From assembly GCA_050230475.1 (NCBI GenBank), contig JBFLGF010000105.1:1-64000 (forward strand): DNA of 64,000 nucleotides. The letters run 5' to 3'. A model generated the notes under the pieces. The model ran no database searches and was not told the DNA's origin. It was given only the letters and a program-made list of their open reading frames with translations. Within the stretch, counting starts at the first letter, position 1. Each line of letters begins with the position of its first letter. Of this stretch, positions 12,751-26,455 are shown piece by piece. A program made the translations under genes and the position numbers. This DNA is from Ancylonema sp. Its lineage: Eukaryota.

Positions 12751-13822
12751 GTTGTCGCGCGAGATTCGATCAAGACAGTGTTACGGGGAATTAAACAAAA
12801 ATTACCATGTACCACGGACTTTAAATAAAGATTGGGAATGCGGCACAAGAGACATCGACATGCTGTATTTTCGTGTCGGTCTGGGCGGCGGCTCGCGCGG
12901 GGTACCGTACGAGCGCCAACAAGCAGTGAGAGCAATGCAAAATAACAATGGGAAGAGCCAGGATTGCAGCTACGTGTAGTGCTTCTAAGACCGTGACAGT
13001 AGATGAGACATTATTGCGGTGGGTAGTCGAAAAACGATCTTGGGAGTTGTACCACGATCGAGCAGCATGGTTGAACGGATAGGTTGAGTTGATGTCCGCT
13101 AGTGCTTGTGCGGTTGGTAGTTGAGTTGTGTTGAGTTGTACTAGCATAACGTTTTGGCTTTATAGGTCTTATAACAGATTGAGTTGAGATCAGACAAGGT
13201 TGGGTCGTTGCATTTGTTGAGGGTAGTGTGAAGCTAAGAACTTCGCTGTAAGCGAAAATACAGATATTTAAGCTACGGAGGAGGCCTTGTAGATTGTTAT
13301 TGGGTGAATAAGCTGATTCAGAGTAGCATAAAATAGCAAGCTTCACTACATTGTACTCTCACTAGTCGAATTCATGACCAAACTTAAACATCTTCCTCTT
13401 GATATTGCATACACTTGAATCTACATGTTCGGTCAATTCTTAAGCATTGATATGTCATTTTCACCGGCTGTATGCTTTCTCTGAACATTGCGTCGACACA
13501 ATATCTCTTCAGCCCATTGACGTCCTCGCCTTGGGATTTTAGAAAGAGAAAATTAAATATTGGTATATCAATTTAGCATCTAGGGGGTGGTCATGAACAA
13601 GAGACGGTGTGAATAAATTTTAGGGTGTTCTAGTAATATTAGGGTTTCGGATCGGGCGCTATCAAGAGCAAGGGGGCTGCGCCGAGGGTTGCGCCACACG
13701 ATTGGATATGGTACAACGGTGTACATGTCAGTGTGCCTTTGTAGTGATCAAACGTCACCACTGTCCGTACAACTATGAGTCATACTACAACGCCGCCTAA
13801 TATTGACGAATCACGAGGGTAG

Positions 13823-14052
13823 AAGAGAGAATTGCATATTATTGAAAAACGACGGGAACCCCATCTCATTACAAGAACGTGCCTGTAAAGAAACTATATA
13901 TCCTAAAAAACGACAAATATGTAAGCCGATTGTACTAGACAAAACTAGCAACAATTTGCAACTCCGAGGAATAAAGCGGAACGCGCGGTAGTGGGGGAGG
14001 TAAGAAGACCATGGATTGCTCTAGACATAGGGTTCTAGCATGTATCGCTTAT
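13823..14052 (-). mobile_element. 5'-truncated 3'-end copy of the RLE non-LTR element, with a 9-bp TSD
   Basis: Flanked by CGAGGGTAG at 13814-13822 and 14053-14061. The empty site is in duplicate unit B (~18251). The sequence matches 28010-28235 and 42960-43170. Confidence 0.88.
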
Positions 14053-14515
14053 CGAGGGTAGTTTCGAATCGTGCGATGTTTCCGACTTTCCTCGCAGGGA
14101 CTTTCCCCTCATTAGTTTGGCCTGTGGGGCAAATGCGATAATAACTTTGCCCTTCGGAGCAAATGTTCGTTACAACGTTACCCCGCGTTATATCGCGAAA
14201 ATACATCCACTCGAGTCCTTGGATACTCTTCGCATGTGCGGATCGTCGTTCTCGATCCCAACAGCGTAATATTGTCGTGGATATTTAGTGGATTCTCTCA
14301 ATCCTCACTGAATCTCTTATCGCCACGTGTCAATGAGATGACAATCCTGCGCCCACTGCAATCTGTATTGACGCGCCCGCCTCGCCTGATATTTTTTGTC
14401 AAACAGCCCACTGCGATACAGCTTTTCACGTCGTCTTTTTACTTGTCTTCTCTCTGCATCCTCTCTTTTTCGCTTACGCACTTTCCGCACTTCACTCTTT
14501 TTCGAACAGTTCAGA

Positions 14516-16056
14516 ATGGCTTCCATGGTTTCTGCCGCTGTGGCTCCATCTACCGCTTTGGTAACGAAGGTTGAAGTTGGCAATGCCGCCACCAAGTCTG
14601 CTCGCTGCATTGCTACCCCGCAATTTGCGTCTGCCCGCGTCTCAATGTCGGTGTCCAAACCTGCTTCTTCTCAGTCTCGCCGCTCCATGCTCAGTCTACT
14701 TGCCTCCACTGTTGCTGCCGGCGCTCTCGTGTCCGAGGCAAACGCCGAGGCCCTTAATATTAAGCTGGGAGGACCCCCAGCCCTCAGCGGCGGGCTCCGT
14801 AAGATTCATTCTCCTCAACTGTGTACCTTGAATTCCTCGCTGCATTCCTTCCGCAATTGTTCCTCATCTACCGGAAACTGGCCCTCGCATTGAATGATTG
14901 TTGATCATTCAGCTTCCTCAGGCGACCGTGTCTGTAAGAACGGCGGCGGACAAAACAAATAAAAACCTGCTGTTCCATCTAAGAGTGCTTGGTTCGTCTT
15001 TAGCGCTAGTCATTGCTGAAGTCACTGTTGGCATAGACTTACATCATGTCGACAGAACTTACCCCAGCATTGAGACGCTGGCGTCAAATAAGAATCGTAA
15101 GATTTGCATGCAATTTGAGAATGCATCAATGCCCATGTCACGCGACAACTTTTTGCAGCCCTCACCTCTGGTTCCTTCAATACCGATATCGGAAAAGTGA
15201 TTTCCCTTGTGCGTTGATCGCAAGAATAGAACAAAAGGGCTTCGGTATGCCTGTTTGCTTATAGTTCCCACCCCCTTCTACCAAATGACAATGTCATCAT
15301 GGCACATTGAATCACATTCCGGGTTGCTCGCCATTTCATTGACGCCCCTCTCCTCTAGTCTCGTCCTTTGCCAGCTGGAACTGACAACGCTGACCAGGCC
15401 CGAGACACTGACGCTCCCCTCAAGGAGCGCTTTTTCCTCCAATCTCTGGAGCCAGCTGAGGCTTTGGTTCGTGCCAAGGAGTCAGCAGAGCAAATCATTG
15501 CGGTGAAGGGGTTGATCTTGAAGAAGGCGTGGCCCTACGTCCAGAACGACCTCAGGAGCAAGGCCGGGTATCTCAGATTCGACCTCACCACTGTTATCAA
15601 CTCCAAGCCCAAGGAGGAGAAAAAGGAGCTCACCGCGCTGACCAACAAGCTCTATGACTCCATTGCTGCTGTGAGACTCTTACGGCGACATGATGGCAAC
15701 GCTCTTTGCACACTTTTCAAATAACAATTTCATAACAGCTTCGTAATAACAATAACCTCTTGTCTAACCATTGGTCACTTTGCTTACCATGCATTCGTGT
15801 GAAGGTGTAACCCCTTCTACTGACGTACAGTTTTTGCGTAGAATTGGTGCATTGCTGTTGGTAGCAACAAATTTGAGAGTTTTAGGTATTTCAGATTTTT
15901 GAGAGTTATCTTTGTGACACCATTCTGACGATTTGCGGTGTCTTCTACATTTTTGGTTAGTTGGATTACGCGGCCCGGATGAAGAAGATCGACTCCGCCA
16001 CAAAGAGCTACGACGAGACAGTGGAGCTTCTCAAGGATGTGTTCGCAAAGGCCTAA
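14516..16056 (+). CDS. PsbQ: Photosystem II oxygen-evolving enhancer protein 3 (PsbQ), copy 1
   Basis: Exons 14516-14798, 15375-15670 and 15961-16056. Bipartite transit peptide with a twin-arginine SRR and an ANA cleavage site. Mature motifs [35 protein letters not shown] and LDYAA are present. Confidence 0.95.
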
Positions 16057-17358
16057 GCTGTTTTTTTAGCAATGATACATCGCTCATCCTTATTTCGTTA
16101 CATGCGCCTCCAATGCTAGTCGGCTGCTTTCGCAAATGTGGTTCTATACTTCATATTAGTTTCTCCCACTCCTTGGAACGTAGATTTGTGCGATGATGAG
16201 GACCGGTGCATCAAGTGCATATCCAAAAATCGTTGATGGTGCCTTGCATCGATCGACATATTATCAACTCATGTTCTTATTGAGAAAGTGTAGTTCTTGT
16301 GTAGTAGTCAAGGTCATGTAAATATAGAAATCTTATGTGATGACGAGTCTCCATCATGCATTTCCCCGATTGTGTGGATCATGAGTAAGTGACTTGCATG
16401 ACTACAAGGCAAGGGGAGATTCTTCGAGCACTATCAATAGACGTTATGTGCTTCACGCATGAACCCAGCATGTAATTCAGTAATACTCGTCCGCGTGAAC
16501 TCGATCACAATCTTTATATGTAACCTCGATCGATGTCATGATATCGTGATCACCACAAATAACAAAATCTGATGGTGTGGACTCGTCTCACAATTACTAC
16601 ATGGACTCAAAGTTGATACAGCCAAAACACCACAATGGAAACAAATGAAGCTTGCAAGCATGCCCTTGTGGAACCGAGGACACACAATTTAATTCGCCTC
16701 TGGGCCGCTACCGATTGCCTTCACTGCTCGCTTTGACAATGCGAAGGACATCATTGCTACAGAAAAACAAAATCCGTAAATCATACGGAATATGACCATT
16801 TGACATGAAGTCATTGTCTCTCTGTGGAGTGTTCATGTCATAAAACTGAAGCATGAAGTCACTCATAACCAATTTCACGAACTACGCGTAGTCCCACCGA
16901 TTTTGGGTGTTGCAACCTCATCTTTATTTTAAGAATGTGACAGATCCAAATCGAGGCGATACTACCAACTCTATCCATCGTGATTGGTGTTGTCACGCAG
17001 TAGAGTTACGACAATAAATATTACATACAATATGGTATTCCCACATTTGACATGAAGCATTCAACATTTAATCATGACATGTGGTGTCCACGTTGCATGT
17101 TAGTTTGAATGACCATTTGCGTCACATTTGATTCAATGAACACTACTAGCCTTGTGGGCCCCACGTGACATGAATGTGCTTCTTTGTGCACTTTCGAGAT
17201 ACGGCTAAGACGACACACGCCTTGAACTCCCCTACTTTCCAAAAAGTTATCAAAACGGAGGCACGAAACAGGTGCTTGTACCAAAAGCGTGTGAAAACTG
17301 AGAGCCCCACGCAAGGGCGTGCCTAATCTATGATTGCTCCAAGGACGGAACACGTGAT

Positions 17359-17466
17359 TTAAGATTTTTGTGCTCGCCTTGTTTCCATCGCTTGCTTTGT
17401 TTTTTCCAAAACGGTGAAAAAAATCGACCCTCCGATGCCAATCCACAGCACGCGCGGACCAACGCC
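17359..17466 (-). other. Duplicated terminal exon of the SAM carrier gene (intact acceptor, frame and stop)
   Basis: Reads GVGPRVLWIGIGGSIFFTVLEKTKQAMETRRAQKS* after a TTCAG acceptor. It is paralogous to 21628-21735. Confidence 0.85.
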
Positions 17467-18688
17467 CTGAATTGTGACAATAGCAAAACACCAAAAAACG
17501 GGGGGGGGGTTGCGTGGGCTAAGAGAAGAATATAGATTTGATGCGACATGACAATGTGAAATTGGGCACCGCATTCCGGAGCTAGGATCAGAAAATCGGA
17601 TATAAAACCAGAAATGAAATTCGGATTCTTTGATTATGGAGCCCCCAAAAGAAAGAAGAAGAGAATGTGAAATCATTCCCCATCCAAATGCAACTTCCGA
17701 ATGACACAAAATGCACTCACTCTGGTCTTGCATAATGTACAAACTAAACCTAGTGAACCGATATCATGCATATCGAATGTACATGTAATCATGTAATAAT
17801 TGTGTCGAATTCATACCCGAACGTAAACATTTTCCCCTTGCCATTGCATACACCTGAATCTGCATATTCGGTCAATTCATAAGCATTGATATGTCATTTT
17901 CACCGGCTGTATGGTTTCTTTTATTATTGCATCGACACAGCATCTCTTTTCGCCCATTGACAAACTCGGCTTGGGATCCTAGAAAGAGAAAATTAAATAT
18001 TGGTGTATCGGTTTAGCATTTGGGGGGTCATGAACAAGAGACGGTATGAATTAATTTTAGAGTGTTCTAGTAATATTAGGGTCGCGGATCGGGCGCTATC
18101 AAGAGCAAGGGGGTTGCGCCGAGGGTTGCGCCACACGATTAGATATGGTACGACAGTGTACATGTCAGTGTGCCTCTGTAGTGATCAAACGTCACCAATG
18201 GCCGTACAACTATGAGTCATACTACGGCGCCGCCTACTATTGACGAATCACGAGGGTAGTTACGAATCGTGCGATGTTTCCGACTTTCCTCGCAGGGAAT
18301 TAGTTTGGCCTGTGGGGCAAATGCGATAACAACTTTGCCCTGCGGAGCAAATGCTCATTACAACGTTGCCCTGCGTTATATCGCGAAAATACATCCACTC
18401 GAGTCCTTGGATACTTCGCATGTGCGGATCGTCGTTCTCCGATTGTTTGGTGGATTCTCTCAATCCCCACTGAATCTCTTATCGCCACGTGTCAATGAGA
18501 TGGCAGTCCTGCGCCCAACTGCAATCTGTATTGACGCGCCCGCCTGGCCTGTAATTTTCTGTCAATCAGTTCACTGCGATACCATCTTTCCACGGATATT
18601 GCAAAACGCTTCTACCTGTCTTCCCTCTGCAACCTCTTTACTTCGCTTACGAACTTTCTGAACTTGATTCTTTTCCGAACAGTCTAGA

Positions 18689-20301
18689 ATGGCTTCCATG
18701 GTTGCTGCCGCTGTGGGTCCATCTACCGCTCTGGTAACGAAGGTTGAAGTTGGCAATGCTGCCACCAAGTCTGCTCGCTGCATTGCTACCCCGCAATTTG
18801 CGTCTGCCTGCGTCTCAATGTCGGTATCCAAACCTGCATCTTCTCAGTCTCGCCGTTCCATGCTCAGCCTACTTGCTTCCACTGTTGCTGCCGGCGCTCT
18901 CGTGTCCGAGGCCAACGCCGAGGCCCTTAATATTAAGCTGGGAGGACCCCCAGCCCTCAGCGGCGGGCTCCGTAAGATTCAATCTCCTCGACTGTGTACC
19001 TTGAATTATCCGCAGCATTCCTTCGGCAATTGTTCCACACTTACCGGAAACTGGCCCTCGCATTGAATGATAGTTGATCATACAGCTTTCTCAGGCGACC
19101 GTGTCTATAAGAACGGCGGTGGACAAAACAAAATAAAACCTACCGTTCCATCTCAGAGTGCCTAGTTCGTCTCTAGCGCTAGTCACGGCTGCACTCACTA
19201 TTGGCATAGGCTTACATCATGTCGACAGAACTGACCCCAGCATTGAGAGACTGGCGTCAAACATCGTAAGATTTGCATGCAATTGAAGAATGCATCAATG
19301 CCCTTGTCACGCGACAAATTTTTGCAGCCCTCACCTCTGATTCCTTCAAATACGGATATCGGAAAAGTGATTTCCCTTGTGCGGTGATCGCAAGAATAGA
19401 ACAAAAAGGCTTCGGTATGCCAGTTTGCTTCTAGTCCCCACCCCCTTCTACCAAATGGCAAAGTTGTCAGCCTCATTATATCCTGCAAGTATGTCCCTCG
19501 CCTGGTCATGGGTGGCTTGCCACGTCATTGACGCCCCTCTTCTCTGTTCTCGTCCTTTGCCAGCTGGAACTGACAACGCTGACCAGGCCCGAGACACTGA
19601 CGCGCCCCTCAAGGAGCGATTTTTCCTCCAATCTCTGGAGCCAGCTGAGGCTTTGGCCCGTGCTAAGGAGTCAGCAGAGCAAATCATTGCGGTGAAGGGG
19701 TTGATCGAGAAGAAGGCGTGGCCGTACGTCCAGAACGACCTCAGGAGCAAGGCCGGGTATCTCAGATTCGACCTCACCACGGTTATCAACTCCAAGCCCA
19801 AGGAGGAGAAAAAGGAGCTCACTGCGCTGACCAACAAGCTCTATGACTCCATCGCTGCTGTGAGAATACCAGTAGCACCAGAAGCAACCTTGGGTGGACT
19901 TGGATTCAGTGTTTTGTCTGCTCCCAACTAGTACCTCCCTCCAAAACTATGACCCACTCCCAGACAGCTCCAGGTCTGTGCAAGAAACAGGATTTGACCA
20001 CAGAGGACATAACAATCGGTTTCCTCTGGTCTAGCCACCGGTCACTCTGCTTACCATGCCTTCCACTCACGTACGGTTTTTGCGTAGAATTGATGTTTGC
20101 TATTGGTGGCAACAAATTTGAGAGTATTTGGTATTTCAGATTTTCAGAGTTCTCTTTTGTGATATCATTCTGACAATTTGCGGTGTGTTCTGCATTTTTG
20201 GTCAGTTGGATTACGCGGCCCGGATGAAGAAGATCGACTCCGCCACAAAGAGCTATGATGAGACGGTGGAGCTGCTCAAGGATGTGTTTGCAAAGGCCTG
20301 A
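18689..20301 (+). CDS. PsbQ: Photosystem II oxygen-evolving enhancer protein 3 (PsbQ), copy 2
   Basis: Exons 18689-18971, 19564-19859 and 20206-20301, with the same structure as copy 1 and a few substitutions. Confidence 0.95.
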
Positions 20302-21627
20302 GCTGTTTTTTTAGCAATGATACATCGCTCATCCTCATTTCGTTTCATGTGCCTCCGATGCTAGTCAACTCCTTTTGCAAATGTGGTTCTATGCTTCGTA
20401 TTAGTTTCTCCCACTCGTTTGAATGCAGATTTGTGCGACGATGAGGACTCGTGCATCATGATCTCAAATGCATCTCCAAAAATCGTTGATGGTGCCTTGC
20501 ATCGATCGACGTAGTATCAACTCATGTTCTTATTGAGAAAGTGTAGTTCTTCTGTATTAGTCAAGGTCATGTAAATATAGAAATCTTATGTGTTGACGAG
20601 TCTCTATCATGCATTTCCGTGATTGCGTGGATCATGGGTATGCGACTTGCATGACTACAAGTGTATAAATCAAGGGGAGATTCTTCGAGCATTGTCAATC
20701 GACGTTATGTGCTTTGTGCTTCACGCATGACCCCACCACGGAACGCTCGTCTGCGCAAACTCGATCACAATCCTTACATGTGACCTCGATCGATCTCATG
20801 ATGTCGTGATTGCCACAAAAAATAAAATTTGTTGGTGTCGACTCGTCTCACAATTACTAAATGGACTTGAAATTGATACAGCCAAAACACCGAAATAGAA
20901 ACAAATGAAGTTTGCAAGCGAGTCCTTTGAGGACCCGAGAACACACAATTTTATCCATCTCTAGCGTTTGAGCCACTGCTGATTGCCTCCACCACTCGCA
21001 TCGACATCGCGACGGACATCATTGTTACGGAAAAAAATATTTCTCAAATCCTACGGAATATGACCATTAGGTACGAAGTTGTCGTCCCTCTCTAGAGTGT
21101 TCATGTCATAAAACTGAAGCTTGGAGTTGCTCATGACCAATTTCACGAACGAGGTTGTGGTCCCAGAGATTTTGGGTGTCGCTCCCTCTTCTTTATTTTA
21201 AGAATGTGACAAATCCAAATCGAGGCGATACCACGAACTCAATCCATCGTGATTGGTGGTGTCACACATTATAGTTACGACGACAGATATTACATACGAT
21301 ACAGTATTCCCACATTTGACATAAAGCATTCAACATTTAATCATGACATGTGGTGTCCACGTTGTATGTTAGTTTGAACAACCATTTGCGTCACATTTGA
21401 TTAAATGTGCACTGCTAGCCTTGTGGGCCTCACGTGCCATGACTGTGCTTCTTTGTGCACTTTCAAGATACGGCTAAGACGACACACGCCTTGGACTTTC
21501 GTACTTTCCAAAAAGAAATAAAAAGAGAGGCACGAAATATGTGCTTGTACCAAAAGCGTGCGAAAACTGAGTGCCCCACATAGGGGCGTGCCTAATCTAT
21601 GACTGCTCCAAGGACAAATCACGTGAT

Positions 21628-24600
21628 TTAAGATTTTTGTTCTCGCCTTGCTTCCATTGCTTGCTTTGTTTTTTCCAAAACTGTGAAAAAAATCGACCCC
21701 CCGATGCCAATCCAGAGCACGCGCGGACCAACGCCCTGAATTGTGACAATATCAAAACACCAAATAACGGGGATGGGAATGCGTGAGCTAAGAGAAAAAT
21801 ATGAATTTGATGATTTGATGATTTGATGATTTGATTGATGATTTGATGATTTGATGATTTGATTTGATGATTTGATGATTTGATGATTTGATGATTTGAT
21901 GATTTGATGATTTGATGATTTGATGATTTGATGATTTGATGATTTGATGATTTGATGATTTGATGATTTGATGATTTGATGATTTGATGATTTGATGATT
22001 TGATGATTTGATGATTTGATGATTTGATGATTTGATGATTTGATGATTTGATGATTTGATGATTTGATGATTTGATGATTTGATGATTTGATGATTTGAT
22101 GATTTGATGATTTTGATGATGATTTGATGATTTGATGATTTGATGATTTGATGATTTGATGATTTGATGATTTGATGATTTGATGATTTGATGATTTGAT
22201 GATTTGATGATTTGATGATTTGATGATTTGATGATTTGATGATTTGATGATTTGATGATTTGGTGATTTGGTGATTTGATGCGACACAATAACGTGAAAA
22301 ATGGGCACCGCATCCCGGAGCTAGGATCAGAAAATCGGATATGAAACCAGAAACAGAATTCGGATTCTTTGATTATGGATCCCCCAAAAGAAAGAAGACG
22401 AGAATGTAAAATCGTTACCCATCCAAATGCAACCTCCGAATTAGACACAATGCACATCACTCGTTCTCACTCCGGCAAACTTATCGACAACAAAGTGCAT
22501 TCATGTGGCGCTCTTGTGACCATCGAATGGAGAGAGAGGGGGAGACACAACTCGCCTGTATGAAATTGTGACATAAGCATATTGTGCGCACATGGTCTAT
22601 TAAAAAGCACTTGATTGTAAACCTCCATTTCGTTCTCGAGGTATGTGTGACCCATCCATCCAAAGATTTTAGAAAAAATTCCAAACCCATACGTCGGTAC
22701 CCCACAATTTTGGCACTCACTCTGACCTTGCATGGTGTGCAAACTAAACCTAGTGAACCGATACCACGCATATCGAATGTACATATAATCAATCGTGTAA
22801 TAACAAGGAGAAATATGATACTATATAAGATATCTTATATAACAATAATTCTAATGATAATAATAATAATAATGATAATAATAACAAGAATATGATATGT
22901 GGATATATCATGAAAACTAAGAAAAATCACACGCCAAGCAAGCCGGATATGACCGCCTGCTTCACGTCCAGAATTTGGAGGGAAGGCGTGCTCTCACCTT
23001 GAGAAACGCGGAGGCGCCGTCCTCTGCCCATGTTTTGGATATGCAGTCGATCACGCCCTTGTACTCCCCCGTGTTGCCCTGAAAGGAACGCTCCCACACC
23101 CCTCCCCAAATTTCGTGATAACAACATCACTGCTGAAGCAAAGAAAAGGTGGCCAGCCATACCGAGATACATCCTTTACAACAACGCAGAATGAGTACCC
23201 CGACCCACCTGCACCATGAGTCGCGTTTTGATGACGTCAAGAGGGGTCGTGAGCGCGCCTGTGAGCGCGCCTGGGGAGGAGCAAACGATGTCATCAACAC
23301 ACACACATTCACACATGCTTCCATACACACGTGCGCACATTCATACACGCATTCCTATCTACAAAAAGAAATGTGCATCCACATAACATGTATACATACG
23401 TCTGCTCCTATAAGCGCATAATGTTTACAAATGAAGATTCATAAGTTCACATACACATAAGCATGAAACATACTTATATTTGAGTAAATGTGTGTCTATA
23501 AATGCATAAGTATATGTATGTAGAATACAGATACAGTCATTGATGTACAATGTGCATGTCCATGTCCACATGCGTGTGTTTTTTTCACCTGAGACGGCCC
23601 CAATGGCGGCCATTTCAACGTCCCTCAACTCCCGACCACTCTGCGGCAAAAAGAAGAAAGTGGAAATGAGGGGAGAGTGAGGGGGGGGGTGGAGGACACG
23701 AGCGCGCATCAACTGGTTGGCTGGTTGGTTGGTTGGTTGGTTGGTACGGACCGCGGCTTTTCCGGCGATTTTGAGTTGCTCATAAATGGCGAATTGGAGG
23801 GCGTCAAACGGAAGGTCTCTCAAAAGAAATGCTCGATAGCCCTGAAGCCAATGTGGAAGGGGGGGGGAGTATGGCAACAACGCATCCTGACCACGATGTG
23901 CCCTCAAATATAACGAACCCAATCATATAAACTGGAATGATTTCAGGTCCTCTACAGTGTTATAATCCACGATGTCGAAACCCAAACTGACATGAACTGG
24001 AATTACGTGACCTAAAATGACAAAAACTGACCCAACTGTAATTCACACAATAACATAAACTAACACTGTTGCAGAGCCCAGATGATCGTAACCGGAGGAC
24101 CGGAGAGACGACCGCAGCCTTGGGCGTAGAGTTGAGAAAGCATGAAAGTATGGTGGGATGGTTTTGGGGGTTTTGGAGGGGGGGATTCACCGCATACAGC
24201 CCCCCAGCCCCCTCTGCTGCGAGGATGCCTCCCACTGCCTTGGCTACCGTGGGGAACTGCCCTGTCTGCATGCGCTGCTTTACCACCTGGGGGGGGGGGG
24301 AAGGGGTACCAATTGGGACAGAGGAAGGGGATGTAGTCGGGATAACAGTAGGACACGTGTTGCAAAGGCAATCAATTCAACCAAAGAAAAACACACAAAA
24401 AAGAAGCCAAAAAATCAAGAAAAAAGAGAAAAACGAGAAAAAAAAGTAAAACAAGAAAGACAAGAGGAGCAATGAGAGAGAGGAGAAGAGGAAGGTCGGG
24501 TTTTAATCCTTACCTCAGTGGGGACTCGAACCAGAGATGCCACCAGACCCCCCAACCCACCCGCACTCTGGAGGGGAGTATGGAAAGGGGGGGGGGGGGA

Positions 24601-24707
24601 AGGGAGGGTCAAAAATCAAACGAAAGGGGGTGGGGGGAAGGAAATCAATAAGATGCCAGGGGGGAAAAGGGGGGTAGAATGTTATTTTATTCATTTAAAT
24701 ATATATG

Positions 24708-24762
<55 letters not shown>

Positions 24763-26455
24763 TGAGTGATTCGAGTGGAGAGATGACAACATGATTACGA
24801 TGGAATGATGTCACGATGAGGCACCCAAGGTTTGGAACGCTACCAGATGCGCAGCTGCGCTCCAGTTGGGAGGGAAGAGGTCCAGCAGCTTCAGCTTCAG
24901 CGGCTCGTAGACACCCACGAAAATGGCAGAGGCCCTGAACAGGGGAAACAATTTTTGCCATTATTTATTCCTTTTTTTTAACACAAATTCCAAACCATGA
25001 GAGTTTGTTCCAGATTATTGCGTGGGATTAAGTTGATGTGGTTTGTGCTCTGTGAACCCCTTCCCCCCTCAAGAATAAAATATGTAAAATACGTGAAAAA
25101 CTCATTATTCAGTTGGGGAAAAAAAGGTGCCGACATGCACAAAAATTTCGTACTCAAAAATAAGGACCACGGATATTCTAAATAATTGTGTGCTGTTTTT
25201 TTTGGGGGGATTGATGTACTTGCGTTGTCATCAATTTTTTGTTTGTCAGTATTGTTATCAATATAATTAAAAGTATTACTGTAAGTATCATCCTCCTTAT
25301 TATCATCAATATTGTTATTGATATGAATATTATTATTATTACAATCATGATATATTACATTGTTATTGTCATTATCATTATCACAGTCAGCATAACGATC
25401 ATGATGTTTATGAGTGATGATGAGAAGGATGACCGAATCCATACTCTCCAAACTCTGCATTCAGATGAGTGGTGCTAAAGTAAGTGTAAGGGCGAGAAAC
25501 AAAATTAGTTTCCGCAACAATAGAGATCTTTATTTTTTCCAACAACGTTTTTCCGTTCGTCTCCTCCTTCTCTTCCCCCGAATGATCTGCGTGTTTCTGA
25601 CAACGGATGCCCCGACCCCCCCCCCCCCAGGTGCTTACGGCAGCACGCCCGCTATGTTGCCAGAGAGTCCTGCGTAGAGACCCTTGAGGTTGATGGCGCC
25701 CCCCCCCCGAACCACCTGCATTCAAACAAAGGGTGCACGAGTCTTTTTTAACCGACCCACAAAAAAAACAAACAAAAAAAAACAGAGTGTTTGAGTCATG
25801 GGGGCAAGAGACCAGAATTTAGAGCCGTGATAATATTCGTTAATTTATTTATTCGATTGTCGTCCGTGTTTTGAATTCGATTGTACAGAGTATGGAGGAT
25901 GAGTCGTGGTGGCACACCTGCAGTCTGGTTTTGATGGTGTCGATCGGATAAAGCGCGGTCTCCACCGTCACACCCGCAGCAGCCCCCGCCACACACCCAT
26001 CTGACACGTGGAACGACCACAGCCACACGAAAATGGAATTGAAAAAACGTGTCTCAAAAATACGTTTTTCGTTTGTGTCGATACATCCTCCTTTGAGTCG
26101 AAAGTCTGTGGGAAAGTCGCGGTCTTCTGCTTTCGACTCCGGGATTGTTAAAACAGAGGAGTTCCAAGATGTAGGGGCGCAAGTTGGTGTGCCTGTACCG
26201 AAAATGGCCCGGCTGAGGTTGTGGATGGCCTTCAGTTTGGGGAGGGGAGCAGACTTCTGCTCCCGATTCTCCAAACCTGTTCCTGAGAACAGGCAGTGTG
26301 AACGCGCAAGGATTTGGGATCAGATCTCGCAACGCGCACCCTCCCCCGCTTCTTCTCTCCTTGTACAAGACAGTACTGTTATAAGTGTCGAGGTGTGAAA
26401 GTGTGAAACTGCTTACACCGAGTTTGAGGATGTTGCGGGGGGGAAAGACATGCAT
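21628..26455 (-). CDS. SAMC1: Mitochondrial carrier family protein, S-adenosylmethionine carrier (SAMC1-like)
   Basis: In-phase exons: 25918-26000 (AGAAAGVTVETALYPIDTIKTRLQ), 25639-25715, 24844-24934, 24514-24567 (VRVPTE), 24191-24286, 23752-23841 (LLRDLPFDALQF), 23589-23640, 23209-23270 (TTPLDVIKTRLMVQ), 22998-23078 and 21628-21735. All three Px[DE]xxK carrier signatures are present. The N-terminal targeting exons (26.0-26.46 kb) are uncertain. Confidence 0.9.
21805..22281. repeat. (ATTTGATG)n tandem array, about 59 units
   Basis: Directly visible, with a few variant units (e.g. ATTTGGTG at the right end). Confidence 0.97.
24698..24760. repeat. (AT)n microsatellite in a SAM-carrier intron
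   Basis: Directly visible. Confidence 0.9.

Larger units (their letters stand above)
13366..22803. repeat. Head-to-tail segmental duplication: unit A 13366-17800, unit B 17804-22803
   Basis: The units are colinear and highly similar across upstream DNA, PsbQ exons and introns, 3' flank and the SAM-carrier terminal exon. Unit A lacks ~260 bp (22465-22720) present in unit B. Confidence 0.92.

Noticed and set aside
21597..22460. 287-aa and 226-aa ORFs of (IIKSSNHQ)n
   Set aside because: These are translations of the stop-free strand of an intronic 8-bp array. Only the final 35 codons of one ORF are a real exon.
24978..25460. 160-aa Asn/Asp-rich ORF
   Set aside because: Low-complexity (AAT/GAT) sequence inside a SAM-carrier intron.
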